Shown here piece by piece: positions 27,881 to 37,834 of a stretch of DNA of 64,000 bases; positions within the stretch are counted from its first letter, which is position 1; each line of letters opens with the position of its first letter. The notes under the pieces are model-generated. The model was given only the letters and a program-made list of their open reading frames with translations, searched no databases and was not told the DNA's origin. Made by a program: the position numbers and the translations under genes. The DNA lies in contig CAVYMU010000012.1 of assembly GCA_963769725.1 (NCBI GenBank), forward strand, positions 203,993 to 267,992. Direction: 5' to 3'. The stretch comes from an uncultured Acidimicrobiaceae bacterium (GTDB lineage Bacteria; Actinomycetota; Acidimicrobiia; Acidimicrobiales; Palsa-688).

Positions 27881-29182
27881 ATGTGGGACTTTGAGACCGA
27901 ACCGGAGTTCCAAGAGAAGCTGGACTGGATGGACCGGTTCGTCGCCGAGGAGATCGAGCCGGTCGACGCCCTGTGGGGTGACAAGGTCTACCAGCGACCC
28001 ATGGACCCGGTCATCGCCCGGATCATCGCTCCGCTCAAGCAGCAGGTCCGCGATCACCGGCTGTGGGCCTGCCACCTGGGTCCGGATCTGGGTGGGGAGG
28101 GCTACGGTCAGATGAAGCTGGCCTTGATGAACGAAATACTCGGCCGCTCCTCTTGGGCCCCGACGATCTTCGGAACCCAAGCGCCCGACACCGGGAATGC
28201 CGAGATCATCGCCCACTACGGCACCGACGAGCAGAAGGCCCAGTACCTCCACCCTCTCCTCAACGGCGACATCATCTCCTGCTACTCGATGACCGAACCG
28301 CAGGGCGGCGCGGATCCGAAGGTCTTCACCACCCGGGCGGTACGAGACGGGGACGAGTGGGTGATAGACGGCTGGAAATTTTTCTCCTCCAACGCCCGCT
28401 GGGCCAGCTTCCTGATCGTCATGACGGTGACCGATCCCGACGTGGAGATCTACCGGGGGGCGACGATGTTCATCGTGCCGGCCGGCACTCCGGGCCTGAA
28501 GATCGAGCGCAATGTGGGCCTGTACGGTCACGGCGTAAATGACGGATCCCACGGACTGATCCACTACGACGGCGTCCGGGTTCCGGCCGCCAACATGCTC
28601 GGCGGAGAGGGCCAGGCGTTCGTTATCGCCCAGACCCGTCTGGGCGGGGGTCGCATCCACCACGCCATGCGCACCGTCGGCCAGGCCCAGCGGGCCCTCG
28701 ACATGCTCGTCGAGCGGGCCTTGAGTCGCCACACCCAGGGCAGTCTTCTCGGCGACAAGCAGACCGTGCAGAACTACATCGCCGACTCTTATGCGGAGAT
28801 CATGCAATTTCGCCTGTTCGTGCTGTATGTGGCGTGGAAGATCGACAAGCTCAAGGACTACCGGGCCGTCCGCCACGACATCGCCGCGGTCAAGGTGCTC
28901 ACTCCGCAAGTTCTCCACAACGTCGTCCAGCGATCCATGCAGGTGCATGGGGCGCTGGGCGTGACCAATGAGATGCCGCTGGCCGGGATGTGGCAGGGCG
29001 CGGTCACCATGGGGTTGGTCGACGGACCCTCCGAGGTGCACCGGGTCACGGTGGCCCGGACCTTGTTGAAGCGAGGCCGCCCCGCCGAGGGCATGTGGCC
29101 GAGCGCCTGGCTGCCCGGGAAGCAGGAAGCGGCCCAAGAGAAATTCGCTGAGTATCTCGAGCACGAGGTGGCAACCCTATGA
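27881..29182 (+). CDS. acyl-CoA dehydrogenase
   Basis: ATG 27881 after GAGAGGAAGGA. MWDFETEPEFQEKLDWMDRFV...YSMTEPQGGADP...VDGPSEVH. Confidence 0.9.
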   Translation: MWDFETEPEFQEKLDWMDRFVAEEIEPVDALWGDKVYQRPMDPVIARIIAPLKQQVRDHRLWACHLGPDLGGEGYGQMKLALMNEILGRSSWAPTIFGTQAPDTGNAEIIAHYGTDEQKAQYLHPLLNGDIISCYSMTEPQGGADPKVFTTRAVRDGDEWVIDGWKFFSSNARWASFLIVMTVTDPDVEIYRGATMFIVPAGTPGLKIERNVGLYGHGVNDGSHGLIHYDGVRVPAANMLGGEGQAFVIAQTRLGGGRIHHAMRTVGQAQRALDMLVERALSRHTQGSLLGDKQTVQNYIADSYAEIMQFRLFVLYVAWKIDKLKDYRAVRHDIAAVKVLTPQVLHNVVQRSMQVHGALGVTNEMPLAGMWQGAVTMGLVDGPSEVHRVTVARTLLKRGRPAEGMWPSAWLPGKQEAAQEKFAEYLEHEVATL

Positions 29183-30231
29183 CCACGGACCCGACAGTTG
29201 ACCCCCAGGTCGACGCATCCGCCCTCGGCGCCTGGATGGACGGCCAGGGGCTCCCCGGAGCCGGCCTGCCCATCGAGCAGCGTTACATCTCCGGCGGAAG
29301 CCAGAACGAGATATTCGAGATCCGTCGGGGCGACCTGCACGGGGCTTTGCGCAAGCCGCCCGCGACGGCCCCGGCGCCCCGCGACGAAGGCATCCTGCGG
29401 GAATGGCAGATCATCGACGCCCTCACGGGTACCGACGTACCGCACACCGATGCCATCGCCGTGTGTCCTGACCAGGACGTCCTGGGACGGCCCTTCTATC
29501 TGATGGGCTTCGTGGACGGATGGTCAACCATGAACACTCCGGGCTGGCCGCCGCCTTTCGACCAGGACGCCGAAGCCCGTGACGGTCTGGCCTACCAGCT
29601 GATCGAGGGCATCGTGCAGATGGGCGCCGTCGACTGGCAGGCCAAGGGGCTCACCGGCCTCGGCCGGCCGGACGGATTCCACGACCGCCAGGTCGAACGG
29701 TGGACCCGCTTCCTCAACCGGATCAAAGGGCGGGATCTCCCGGGTCTCGATGAGGCGACCGCCTGGTTGGCTGCCCACCGGCCGATCGATTTCGTGCCCG
29801 GGATCATGCATGGTGATTACCAGTTCGCCAATGTCATGTTCCACCACGGCGCCCCGGCCCGGCTGGCCGCCATCGTCGACTGGGAGATGGGGACGATCGG
29901 TGACCCCAAGCTCGACCTGGCCTGGGCGCTGCAGGGTTGGCCCGAGGACACCACCGCCGAAACCGCCGATATCGGCTATGTCGACATCAGGGGCATGCCC
30001 GGCTACGCGGCATTGCTCGCCTACTACCACGAGCGATCCGGCCGGCAGGTCGACGACTTCGACTACTACCTGGTCCTGGCCCGGTGGAAGCTGGGCATCG
30101 TCCTCGAGCAGGGTTACCAGCGAGCCGCCGGCGACCCGAAACTGGAGGGCTTTGGGCCGATCGTGTTGGACCTCATAGCCCGGGCGGCCGAACTGGCCGA
30201 ATCCAGCGACTACAAGGGAACGGCCGCCTGA
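29179..30231 (+). CDS. phosphotransferase (APH-like kinase) family protein
   Basis: 350 aa. HGDYQFANVMF (HGDxxxxN) and VDWE motifs. ATGA overlap with the ACAD. Confidence 0.85.
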   Translation: MTTDPTVDPQVDASALGAWMDGQGLPGAGLPIEQRYISGGSQNEIFEIRRGDLHGALRKPPATAPAPRDEGILREWQIIDALTGTDVPHTDAIAVCPDQDVLGRPFYLMGFVDGWSTMNTPGWPPPFDQDAEARDGLAYQLIEGIVQMGAVDWQAKGLTGLGRPDGFHDRQVERWTRFLNRIKGRDLPGLDEATAWLAAHRPIDFVPGIMHGDYQFANVMFHHGAPARLAAIVDWEMGTIGDPKLDLAWALQGWPEDTTAETADIGYVDIRGMPGYAALLAYYHERSGRQVDDFDYYLVLARWKLGIVLEQGYQRAAGDPKLEGFGPIVLDLIARAAELAESSDYKGTAA

Positions 30232-30263
30232 TCACTGCGATCCCAACCAGGCTGCCAGGGCGC

Positions 30264-31472
30264 TCAGTTGCGCAGGGTCTGACTCCAGGGCACGCCCCGG
30301 TCGACCGCCGGCTCGCGAGGCAACCCGAGAACCCGGTCGCCGATGATGTTGCGCTGAATCTGGTCGGTGCCGCCGGCGATGGCCATGCCCGGACTTCCGA
30401 CGCACGCCATCGTGGCCGTGCGGGCGCCCCGGCGCAGACTGCCGCTCCCCTCACCGCGGTAGCCCTCCTCGAGCAGCGTCGCCGCCAGCCCCGAGCAACG
30501 CCGGAGCCCACTCCGCCAGCCTGCGCCCGGCCGTGGAAACCGCCAGCTTCCCGAGCGAGGCCTCTGGCGCCGGAACTCCCTTGCGAACGGAGCACGCCGG
30601 CCCGCAGCTGCAGCAGGCGCACGACCTCGGCGTCCACCCAGTGGCGCATCAGTTCGGCCCGCAACGCCAGCGCCGCCGCTGAGCTCTGGTCCGGGCGCGC
30701 CTGCCACGCCGCCACCGCCACCGAGATGGCCCCCTCCCCGCGGCCCGGCGTCTGCGGCATGCTGTAGCGCTCGAGCACGAGCGTGTGCTGTGACACCGAC
30801 CAGCCCTGGTTGATCTCCCCGAGCCGCTCGGCGTCGGGAACGCGCACGTCGGTGAGAAACACCTCGTTGAACTCCGCCCCGCCGGTCATCTGGCGGAGGG
30901 GGCGCACCTCGACGCCGGGCGCATGCATATCCAGCACGAACTGGGTCAGGCCGGCGTGCTTGGGCGCATCGGGATCGGTGCGGGCCAGCAGGATGGCCAT
31001 ATCCGCCGCCTGACCACCCGAGGTCCAGACCTTCTGCCCGTTGACGATCCAGTCGTCGCCGTGGCGCTCGGCCCGCGTGGACAGGGACGCCAGGTCGGAT
31101 CCAGATCCGGGCTCGCTGTAGAGCTGGCATCCCATCATCTCGGCGGTGAAATAGCGGACGGAGGTAGCGTTGCTTCTGATCTTCGCTTCCGTAGGCCAGG
31201 ATGCTGGCTGCGCCCTGACCGGCGGCGATGGCATTGGTCACCCGACCACTCGGAGGGGCTCCGGCTGCCGCCAGACGCTCGTCGACGACCCGTTGGGCGT
31301 CGATGGGTTGTCCTAACCCGCCGTGGCCGGGAGGAAACCAGACGTAGGCCAGCCCGGCGTCGAACTGGGCTCGCAGGAAGGTAACCGCGTCCGTCGTCGC
31401 AGGCGGATAGGTGTCGAGCAGGCGGTCGAGGGCCGCCTCGACGGGACTGCGGTCTTCGGTCTCCATCGGCAT
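30264..31472 (-). pseudogene. acyl-CoA dehydrogenase broken by three +1 frameshifts
   Basis: ACAD sequence passes from the frame ending 31472 (mod 2) to 31234 (mod 1: CQLYSEPGSGSDLASL...WIVNGQKVWTSG). It then enters an unlisted frame (mod 0: GVPAPEASLGKLAVS) and returns to mod 2 (GGTDQIQRNIIGDRVLGLPRE). Switches fall near 31150, 30580 and 30485. Confidence 0.8.
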
Positions 31473-31554
31473 CGAACCCTACACACGAGAGGGTTCCGGG
31501 GCCAGATCCGGCGGCCCGTCAACGACTCCGGCGCCTGGTGTTAGGATTCGCGGC

Positions 31555-31990
31555 ATGCCTGACTCGTCAGATCACGATCATGACATTGCCATCAAGGGTG
31601 GCTCGTTTTCACTTAGTGATCTGGGCCATTTGCTGCCCGGCATGGCCGAGATCATGCCGCTCGTCGGTGAGCGGATTCACAAGTGCTATTACGCGGGCAA
31701 GGCCGGCAACAAGGTGCTGGCCCGTTTCCAGCTCTCAGAAGCGGTCAATCTCATGGAAAAGGGCAGCCATTTTCCGCCCGAAATACACCGAGAACATGGA
31801 CAAGTTTATTGCCGAGAGCGTCGGCGCGGTCCGGGACTGCATCGAGGCCGAGGACTGGGTGGGGTTCGAGACTGCCTTCGCAGCCATGATCGAGCAGGCC
31901 AACGCCAACCACGAGTTCTATGACAAGTCCTTCCTGCGCTGGAAAATGCCCGATCAGCCGCCGGCGGACTTGGATCTGACCGCCACCTAA
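31555..31990 (+). pseudogene. hypothetical protein with one +1 frameshift near 31771-31776
   Basis: MPDSSDHDHDIAIKGG...MEKGSHF (frame of ORF 31411) continues as [28 protein letters not shown]... (frame of ORF 31538). Confidence 0.5.
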
Positions 31991-32002
31991 CGCCGCTTGC
32001 CG

Positions 32003-33704
32003 TCACGTGAGCGTATACTCCGGCCCCGACCCACCTTCGGGAGGCGTCAGGCGGCCACCCTTGGCAGATATGGCGCCGCACTGCACGCAATTGGACGCCG
32101 CCACCTGGACGGTGACCATTCCGTCGTCGCCCGCGGGGGTGGCGGTATACACCTGGGCCGGGCACATGTGGACCCACATGTCCGCCAGGTCTTTGGGCAC
32201 CCGCTCGATCAGGCGGATGTGGTTGGGCTGATCGTCGCGGGTCTTGTTGCCGGAGGCGAAGACCGACGACAGTTTGTCGAAGGTGAGCTTGCCGTCGGGC
32301 ACCGGATAGGTGCTGCTTCGATCGGTTTGGAGGATGGGCTGGCTGGCATCCGGTTCGCTGCGCGAGCTTGCCCACCGAGACCCGTCCCTTGGACACGGTC
32401 ATCAGGCCGGCCAGGGCCCCGCCTGCGAAGAAGCCCCGGCCGAACACCTGGCGGACGTCGCGCATCTCGTGGAGGTCGCGGCCGATGAAGCCGGTCAAGA
32501 CGGCGTCGTCGTAAGCGGCCAGCGCCGAGCGGGCCGGGTCGCCGTCTGGGCGCTGGAGGGCCGCAAAGGCCGCCTCGGCGGCCAGCCGTCCCGACTCGAC
32601 GGCGTAGTGGATCCCCTTGAGGGTGGGGATGTTGACCAATCCGGCGCCGTCGCCACAGAGCAACAACCCGGGCGCGTGCAAGCGGGTGGGCAAAGAGTGG
32701 AAGCCGCCGCCCGGGATGGTCTTGGCTCCCCACTCGAGACGCTCGCCGCCTTCGAGCAGCGGGCGGATCTTGGGGTGGGTCTTCAGCTCCTGGAGGAGGT
32801 CGTGGACCGACAGGGCCGCGTCGCGGTAGTCCAGGCCCACGACCATCCCGATGGCCACCTGCTCCGGACCCATCGGGTAGATGAACGAGCCGCCGAACTC
32901 CCGATACCTGGCCCCGGTCCGTAGCGGCCAACCCATGGTGTGAATGACGTGGGCCAGCGGCCTGGGAACCCGCCACACCTCTTTGACGCCCAGCTCCCAT
33001 GCCTGCGGTACCGCTGGCCGCAGCCCGAAGTGGTCGAGCGCGACCCCGGTCAGGTGTCCCTGCGTCCCTTCGGCCAGCACGGTCATCCTGGCCACGATGT
33101 CGCTGCCTGGTTCGAAATTGGCGAGCGGCGCCCCAGTCGGGTCGCGACCTTTGTCGCCGGTACGAACGCCGACGGTCCGGCCCCCTTGCACCAACAGCTT
33201 CTCGGCGGCCGTCTCGGCCAGCACCATGGTCCCGACCTCTTCGGCCTGGGCGGCCAGCCAGCGGCCGAGCTGGGACAGCGAGACGATGATGTTGCCCCGA
33301 TTGCGCATCGGCGGCGGAGTCGGGATCCGCAGGGCGGCTTGACGGGTCAGCACGTACACCATCTCGCCGGGCACCGGCCCGAAGCTCGGGATATCGTCCA
33401 GCTGGAACCTGGATCCGCCAAGAGCGCTTGCAACGACGCGGGGATTGACGACCGCCCCCGACAGCAGATGGGAGCCGGTCTGCTTGCCCTTCTCTACGAT
33501 CGCAATGGGCACCTCACCCAACGGTCCGGCCACCTCGGGGTGCTTCTCGAGGAGCTGCCCCAGCCGGATGGCGCAGGCCAGCCCGGCCGGTCCCGCCCCC
33601 ACGATCACGACGCCGACCTCGATCTGTTCCTCGGTCGAGCTGCTCGGCTCGTCGACGAAGTCGGCGGCTCGAAACGGCGGCGGATAGTCAGACGGCCGCA
33701 CCAT
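32003..33704 (-). pseudogene. electron-transfer-flavoprotein:quinone oxidoreductase (ETF-QO) with one +1 frameshift near 32360
   Basis: MVRPSDY...[17 protein letters not shown] in the frame of ORF 31806..33959. The C-terminus [13 protein letters not shown]...CPAQVY...NCVQCGA...PEGGSGPEY lies in ORF 32003..32302. Confidence 0.85.
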
Positions 33705-34680
33705 CACGCGCCCTTGCGCTGTCGCAAGAGGGCGACGAGCTGCGGAACGATCGTCTGCACGTCGCCGATCACGGCCAGATCGCTGGCTTCGAAGATCGGC
33801 GCGGACGGGATCCTTGTTGACGGCGACCACGACCTTCGAGCTCTGCATGCCCACCTTGTGCTGCACCGCGCCGGAGATGCCCAACGCCACGTAGAGCTTC
33901 GGTGACACGGTCTTGCCGGTCTGGCCGATCTGGGCGGCGCGGGGATACCAGCCCGGCATACACCGCCGCTCGGGTGGCGCCGACGACGCCGCCCAGCTCC
34001 TTGGCCAGCTCCTCGGCCAGGGAGAAGTTCTCGGCCCCGCCCAGGCCCATGCCGCCCGCCACGATCACGTCGGCATCCTCGACCGAGGGACCGCCTTCCT
34101 TGTCCTGGACGTTCCGGCTGGTCACCGTGGCCGCCACCGAGTGGGGCTTGAAGTCGACCGCCACCTCGTCGATCTCCGGGGTCTGTTCACCCACCGGGGT
34201 CGGATCGAACGAACCGGGGCGGAACAATCCCACCCGCCGCTCGCCCCGCCAGCCGACATCCACCAGGACGGTGTCCTGAAAGGCCAGGCGCTTGGCCACC
34301 AGATCTCCACCGGATCGGGCCATGTCGACGAGGTCCCAGTTGAGGCCGGCGCCGAGCCGGGCGGCCAGCCCAGCGGCCACGTCCGCGCCCAGCACGGAGT
34401 TCGAGAACAGAAAGGTGTCGTAGCCGCCCTCCAGGGCGATCCGCTCCATGACGTCGACTCGCGGTTGGGGGAGCGGAGGATCGAGGGCGTCATGGCGAGC
34501 CACGTGCACCCTGGCGGCGCCGAATTTGCCGGCTTCGGCGGCCAGGGCGTCCACCTCGGGACCCCCGGCCAGGACCGCGGCGACCGGCTCGTCGGCCACC
34601 CCGACCGCCTTGGCGAGCAGCCCCGCGGAACCCCGGGTCAACTCACCGCCTTGATGTTCGAGGAAGACCAGGATCTTCAC
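33704..34680 (-). pseudogene. etfA: electron transfer flavoprotein alpha subunit with two +1 frameshifts (about 33953 and 33804)
   Basis: MKILVFLEH...[10 protein letters not shown] (frame 34680), then [31 protein letters not shown]...AVNKDP (frame 33959), then my translation [33 protein letters not shown] (stop 33706..33704). Confidence 0.85.
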
Positions 34681-35448
34681 ACCAGCTGCCTGTCTGCGAG
34701 GAACTCCAGGATCGCCTGGGCGGCGGTGGACTCGTCCTCGATCCGGGTGCAGTTACCCCGGGCGGGGGGGGCGCCCGTGGCCAGCACCGCGGTGCGGGCC
34801 CCGGACTCCCCCACCTCGCTGACGTCCACGCCCAGGTCGGAGAGCGCCACCGTCTCCAATGGCTTCCGCTTGGCCGCCATCACGCCCTTGAGCGACGTGT
34901 ACCGAGGCTCGTTGATCGAATCGCCGACCGAGACCAACGCCGGCAAGGGCACCTCGATGATCTCGTCACCCGACTCCGTCTGGCGGGTCACTTGAACCTT
35001 CTCCCCGACGTCGAGTTCGGACGCCTGGGACACGAAGGGGCGCTGCATCAGGTCGGCCACTGCAGCCAGCAGCACTCCTCCGACCCCGTCCTCGCTCTGC
35101 TGTCCGAACAGCACCAGATCCGGATGCTCCCGCTCGAGCGACGGCGGCCAGCACTCGAGCCGTGCCCAACAGGTCGGACCCTGCCGCGGCCTCGTCGCTG
35201 ACCAGGACGGCCCGGTCCGCGCCCAGGGCCAGGACGGTCCGCAGGGACTCGACCGCCTGCGCCGGGCCCATCGACAGCCCGACCACCTCGGCGTCACCGG
35301 TTCGCTCTTTGACGCGCAGGGCCTCTTCCACCGCGTTCTTGTCCGACCGGTTCAGCTCACCCGGACCGGTTCGGTCCACGGTCATGGAAGCGGGATCGAG
35401 CCGCCAACGACCACTGGGGACATGCTTGACGCACACTACGATTCTCAT
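34677..35448 (-). pseudogene. etfB: electron transfer flavoprotein beta subunit with one +1 frameshift near 35140
   Basis: MRIVVCVKHVP...GTARVLAAV (ORF 34966..35448) continues as LEREHPDLVLFGQQSEDG...SLKGVMAAKRKP (ORF 34677..35297). Confidence 0.85.
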
Positions 35449-35522
35449 TGGATCCGATCCATGCTTGAGCGAGACAGCCCAGCCTCGAACGAGATAGCCA
35501 GGCCCCGCAACCCTAATCTCTC

Positions 35523-36788
35523 ATGGCCCGGGGACGAGAGTCCGAGCTTGACCCACCCGCCGCGGGCGAACAGGCTGTGAAGATCGCGGCCAGAAGGAGT
35601 GCGGTGCACGCCGAAGACGTTGTCGACAGGGCGCGCCAGGTGGCGTTACTGCTCCGCAGCCGCGCCGACCAGACCGAGCAGATCGGGACGATGGCTCCTG
35701 AGGTGGTCGCCGGTCTTCGCGAGGCCGGTCTTTTCGGCTTCTTGATGCCCGCCGAGGTCGGAGGCCTGGCGACGGATCTTCTCACCGCAATCGAGATCAT
35801 CGAGATCTTGAGCCGGGCGGACGGCTCATCGGGGTGGACGCTGATGGCCAACGGCCTGGCCGGGGCCTTGGCCGCCGCCTACTGCGATGACCAGGCGGTG
35901 GCCAAGATCTTCGTGAATGGGTCCACCACCACGGTGGCCGGAATGCTCGGACCGGGCGGCAAATGCCAAGAGGTGGCGGGCGGATACCGCGGATCGGGCA
36001 CCTACCGCTTCGGCAGCGGAGCCGGTCACGCCGACTGGCTGGCGGCCGGGATGCTGGTGATCGAGGACGGCAAGCCTCGCCCGCTTCCAAGCGGCCAGCC
36101 CGAAGTACGCGTCTGCTTCATTCCCCGCGACGCCGTCGAGTTCACCGGAAACTGGGATGTGATGGGTCTGGTGGGGACGGGGAGCTACGACTACGTCGTG
36201 CCGGACCAGTTTGTCGACGCCGGCTACACGTTCGAGCGCACCTCCGTCGAGTACCGGCGAGGCGGGCCCGTCTTTGCCCTCGGTGTGGCCGGGTTGGCCT
36301 GCGCCGGCCACGCCGCCGTCGCACTCGGCATCGCGGCTCGTGCCCTTGAGGAGATCGCCGAGTTGGCGTCGCACAAGCAGCGGGCCGCCTACCCGTCGGC
36401 GGTCGGAGACCACCCCGTCTACTTGCACGGGTTCAGCCTGCAAGAGGCGTCGTACCAGGCCGCTCGGGCCTATACCCGGCAGGTGTTCGGATCCGCCGCA
36501 GCCGACCTGCGGGCGGGCAGGCAACTCACGGCCGGGCGACGTCAGCGCTTCCGGCAATGCGTGACCTATGTCCACGGGGTGACCGCGGAGGTGGTGCGCT
36601 GGTGTTACACCTGGGGCGGATCCGACGCCCTCCGGATGCCGAGCGCCCTCGGGCGATGCTGGCGGGACATCTCCGGCGCCACCCAACACGTCTTCGTGGA
36701 CCCCATCAACCTGGTGGACGCCGGTCCCGATCTGATCGAGGCCTGGCGATCCGGCACCAGGGATGAAGCCCAACCTCGTTGGAGCTGA
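35523..36788 (+). CDS. acyl-CoA dehydrogenase-fold protein, possibly a flavin-dependent monooxygenase (HsaA/DszC-like)
   Basis: 421 aa. ADQTEQIGTMAPEVVAGLREAGLFGFLMP..., GSGTYRFGSGAGHADW. Confidence 0.7.
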   Translation: MARGRESELDPPAAGEQAVKIAARRSAVHAEDVVDRARQVALLLRSRADQTEQIGTMAPEVVAGLREAGLFGFLMPAEVGGLATDLLTAIEIIEILSRADGSSGWTLMANGLAGALAAAYCDDQAVAKIFVNGSTTTVAGMLGPGGKCQEVAGGYRGSGTYRFGSGAGHADWLAAGMLVIEDGKPRPLPSGQPEVRVCFIPRDAVEFTGNWDVMGLVGTGSYDYVVPDQFVDAGYTFERTSVEYRRGGPVFALGVAGLACAGHAAVALGIAARALEEIAELASHKQRAAYPSAVGDHPVYLHGFSLQEASYQAARAYTRQVFGSAAADLRAGRQLTAGRRQRFRQCVTYVHGVTAEVVRWCYTWGGSDALRMPSALGRCWRDISGATQHVFVDPINLVDAGPDLIEAWRSGTRDEAQPRWS

Positions 36789-36916
36789 GGGCGTGGCCGT
36801 CGCCCGACTAGCGCATCCACTTTGCCCTCCGTATATGATGCCGCGACAGCGAGTCTCCGGCCCGCCCCGTGGGCGCGGCTCATTTCATACGCAAGAAGCG
36901 ACAGGGAGGACCAATC

Positions 36917-37834
36917 GTGGCTGCAAAGTACATCAAATACGAGACCCTGGACGAGGGCCGGATCGCCCGGATCACCCTCAACCGGGTCAACGCCCGCAAC
37001 GCCCAGAATCGGGGCCTCCTGGTGGAGCTCGGCGAGGCGTTCGAGCAGGCCGAGGCCGACGATCAGGTGCGGGTGGTGATCCTGGCGGGCGCGGGTCCGA
37101 TGTTTTCCTCGGGCCACGACCTCGGCTCCAAGGACGCCGTGGCCGAGCGGACCCCCGGAGACCCGGATTTCCACCAGAGCTACGCCACCAACGGCGGGAC
37201 TCGCCAGGGCGCCGAGAATCGGATGCTCCAGGAGTGGCATTACTTTTTCCAGAACACGTTGAAGTGGCGGAACCTGCGCAAGATCACCATCGCCCAGGTC
37301 CACGGCAGCGTGTACGCCGCCGGCCTGATGCTGATGTGGTGCTGCGATCTGATCGTGGCTGCCGACAACGCCACCTTCGCCGACGTCGTGGGCACCCGGC
37401 TCGGCATGTGCGGGCTCGAGTACTTCGCCCACCCGTGGGAGTTCGGGCCCCGCAAGGCCAAGGAGCTTCTGCTCACTGGCGACTCGCTCGGCGCCGAAGA
37501 GGCCCATTCGCTCGGAATGGTGACCAAGGTCTTTCCCGTCGACGAGCTGCCCGAGCGGACCCTCGAGTTCGCCGAGCGCATCTCGGCCCTGCCCAGCGTG
37601 ACGTCGCTGCTGATCAAGGAGTCCGTCAACCAGAGCGTTGACAACATGGGCTTCTACAACGCCCTGCAGGCCTGCTTCACGCTCCATCAGCTCAACCATT
37701 CCCACTGGGCCGAAGTCCACGAGAACAAGATGCCGGCCGCACTGCCTGAAGATGGGATCACCAACTGGCGGGAGGCTCTGCCGGTCGTGCCGGCCGTCAA
37801 GGATCAGGTGAGGTCCCCGGTACCGGCCGGGTGA
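36917..37834 (+). CDS. enoyl-CoA hydratase/isomerase family protein
   Basis: GTG 36917 after GGGAGGA. ARITLNRVNARNAQN...FSSGHDLG...AQVHGSVYAAGLML. Confidence 0.85.
   Translation: MAAKYIKYETLDEGRIARITLNRVNARNAQNRGLLVELGEAFEQAEADDQVRVVILAGAGPMFSSGHDLGSKDAVAERTPGDPDFHQSYATNGGTRQGAENRMLQEWHYFFQNTLKWRNLRKITIAQVHGSVYAAGLMLMWCCDLIVAADNATFADVVGTRLGMCGLEYFAHPWEFGPRKAKELLLTGDSLGAEEAHSLGMVTKVFPVDELPERTLEFAERISALPSVTSLLIKESVNQSVDNMGFYNALQACFTLHQLNHSHWAEVHENKMPAALPEDGITNWREALPVVPAVKDQVRSPVPAG

Noticed and set aside
27791-29164. 457-aa minus-strand ORF
   Set aside because: Shadow of the acyl-CoA dehydrogenase gene.
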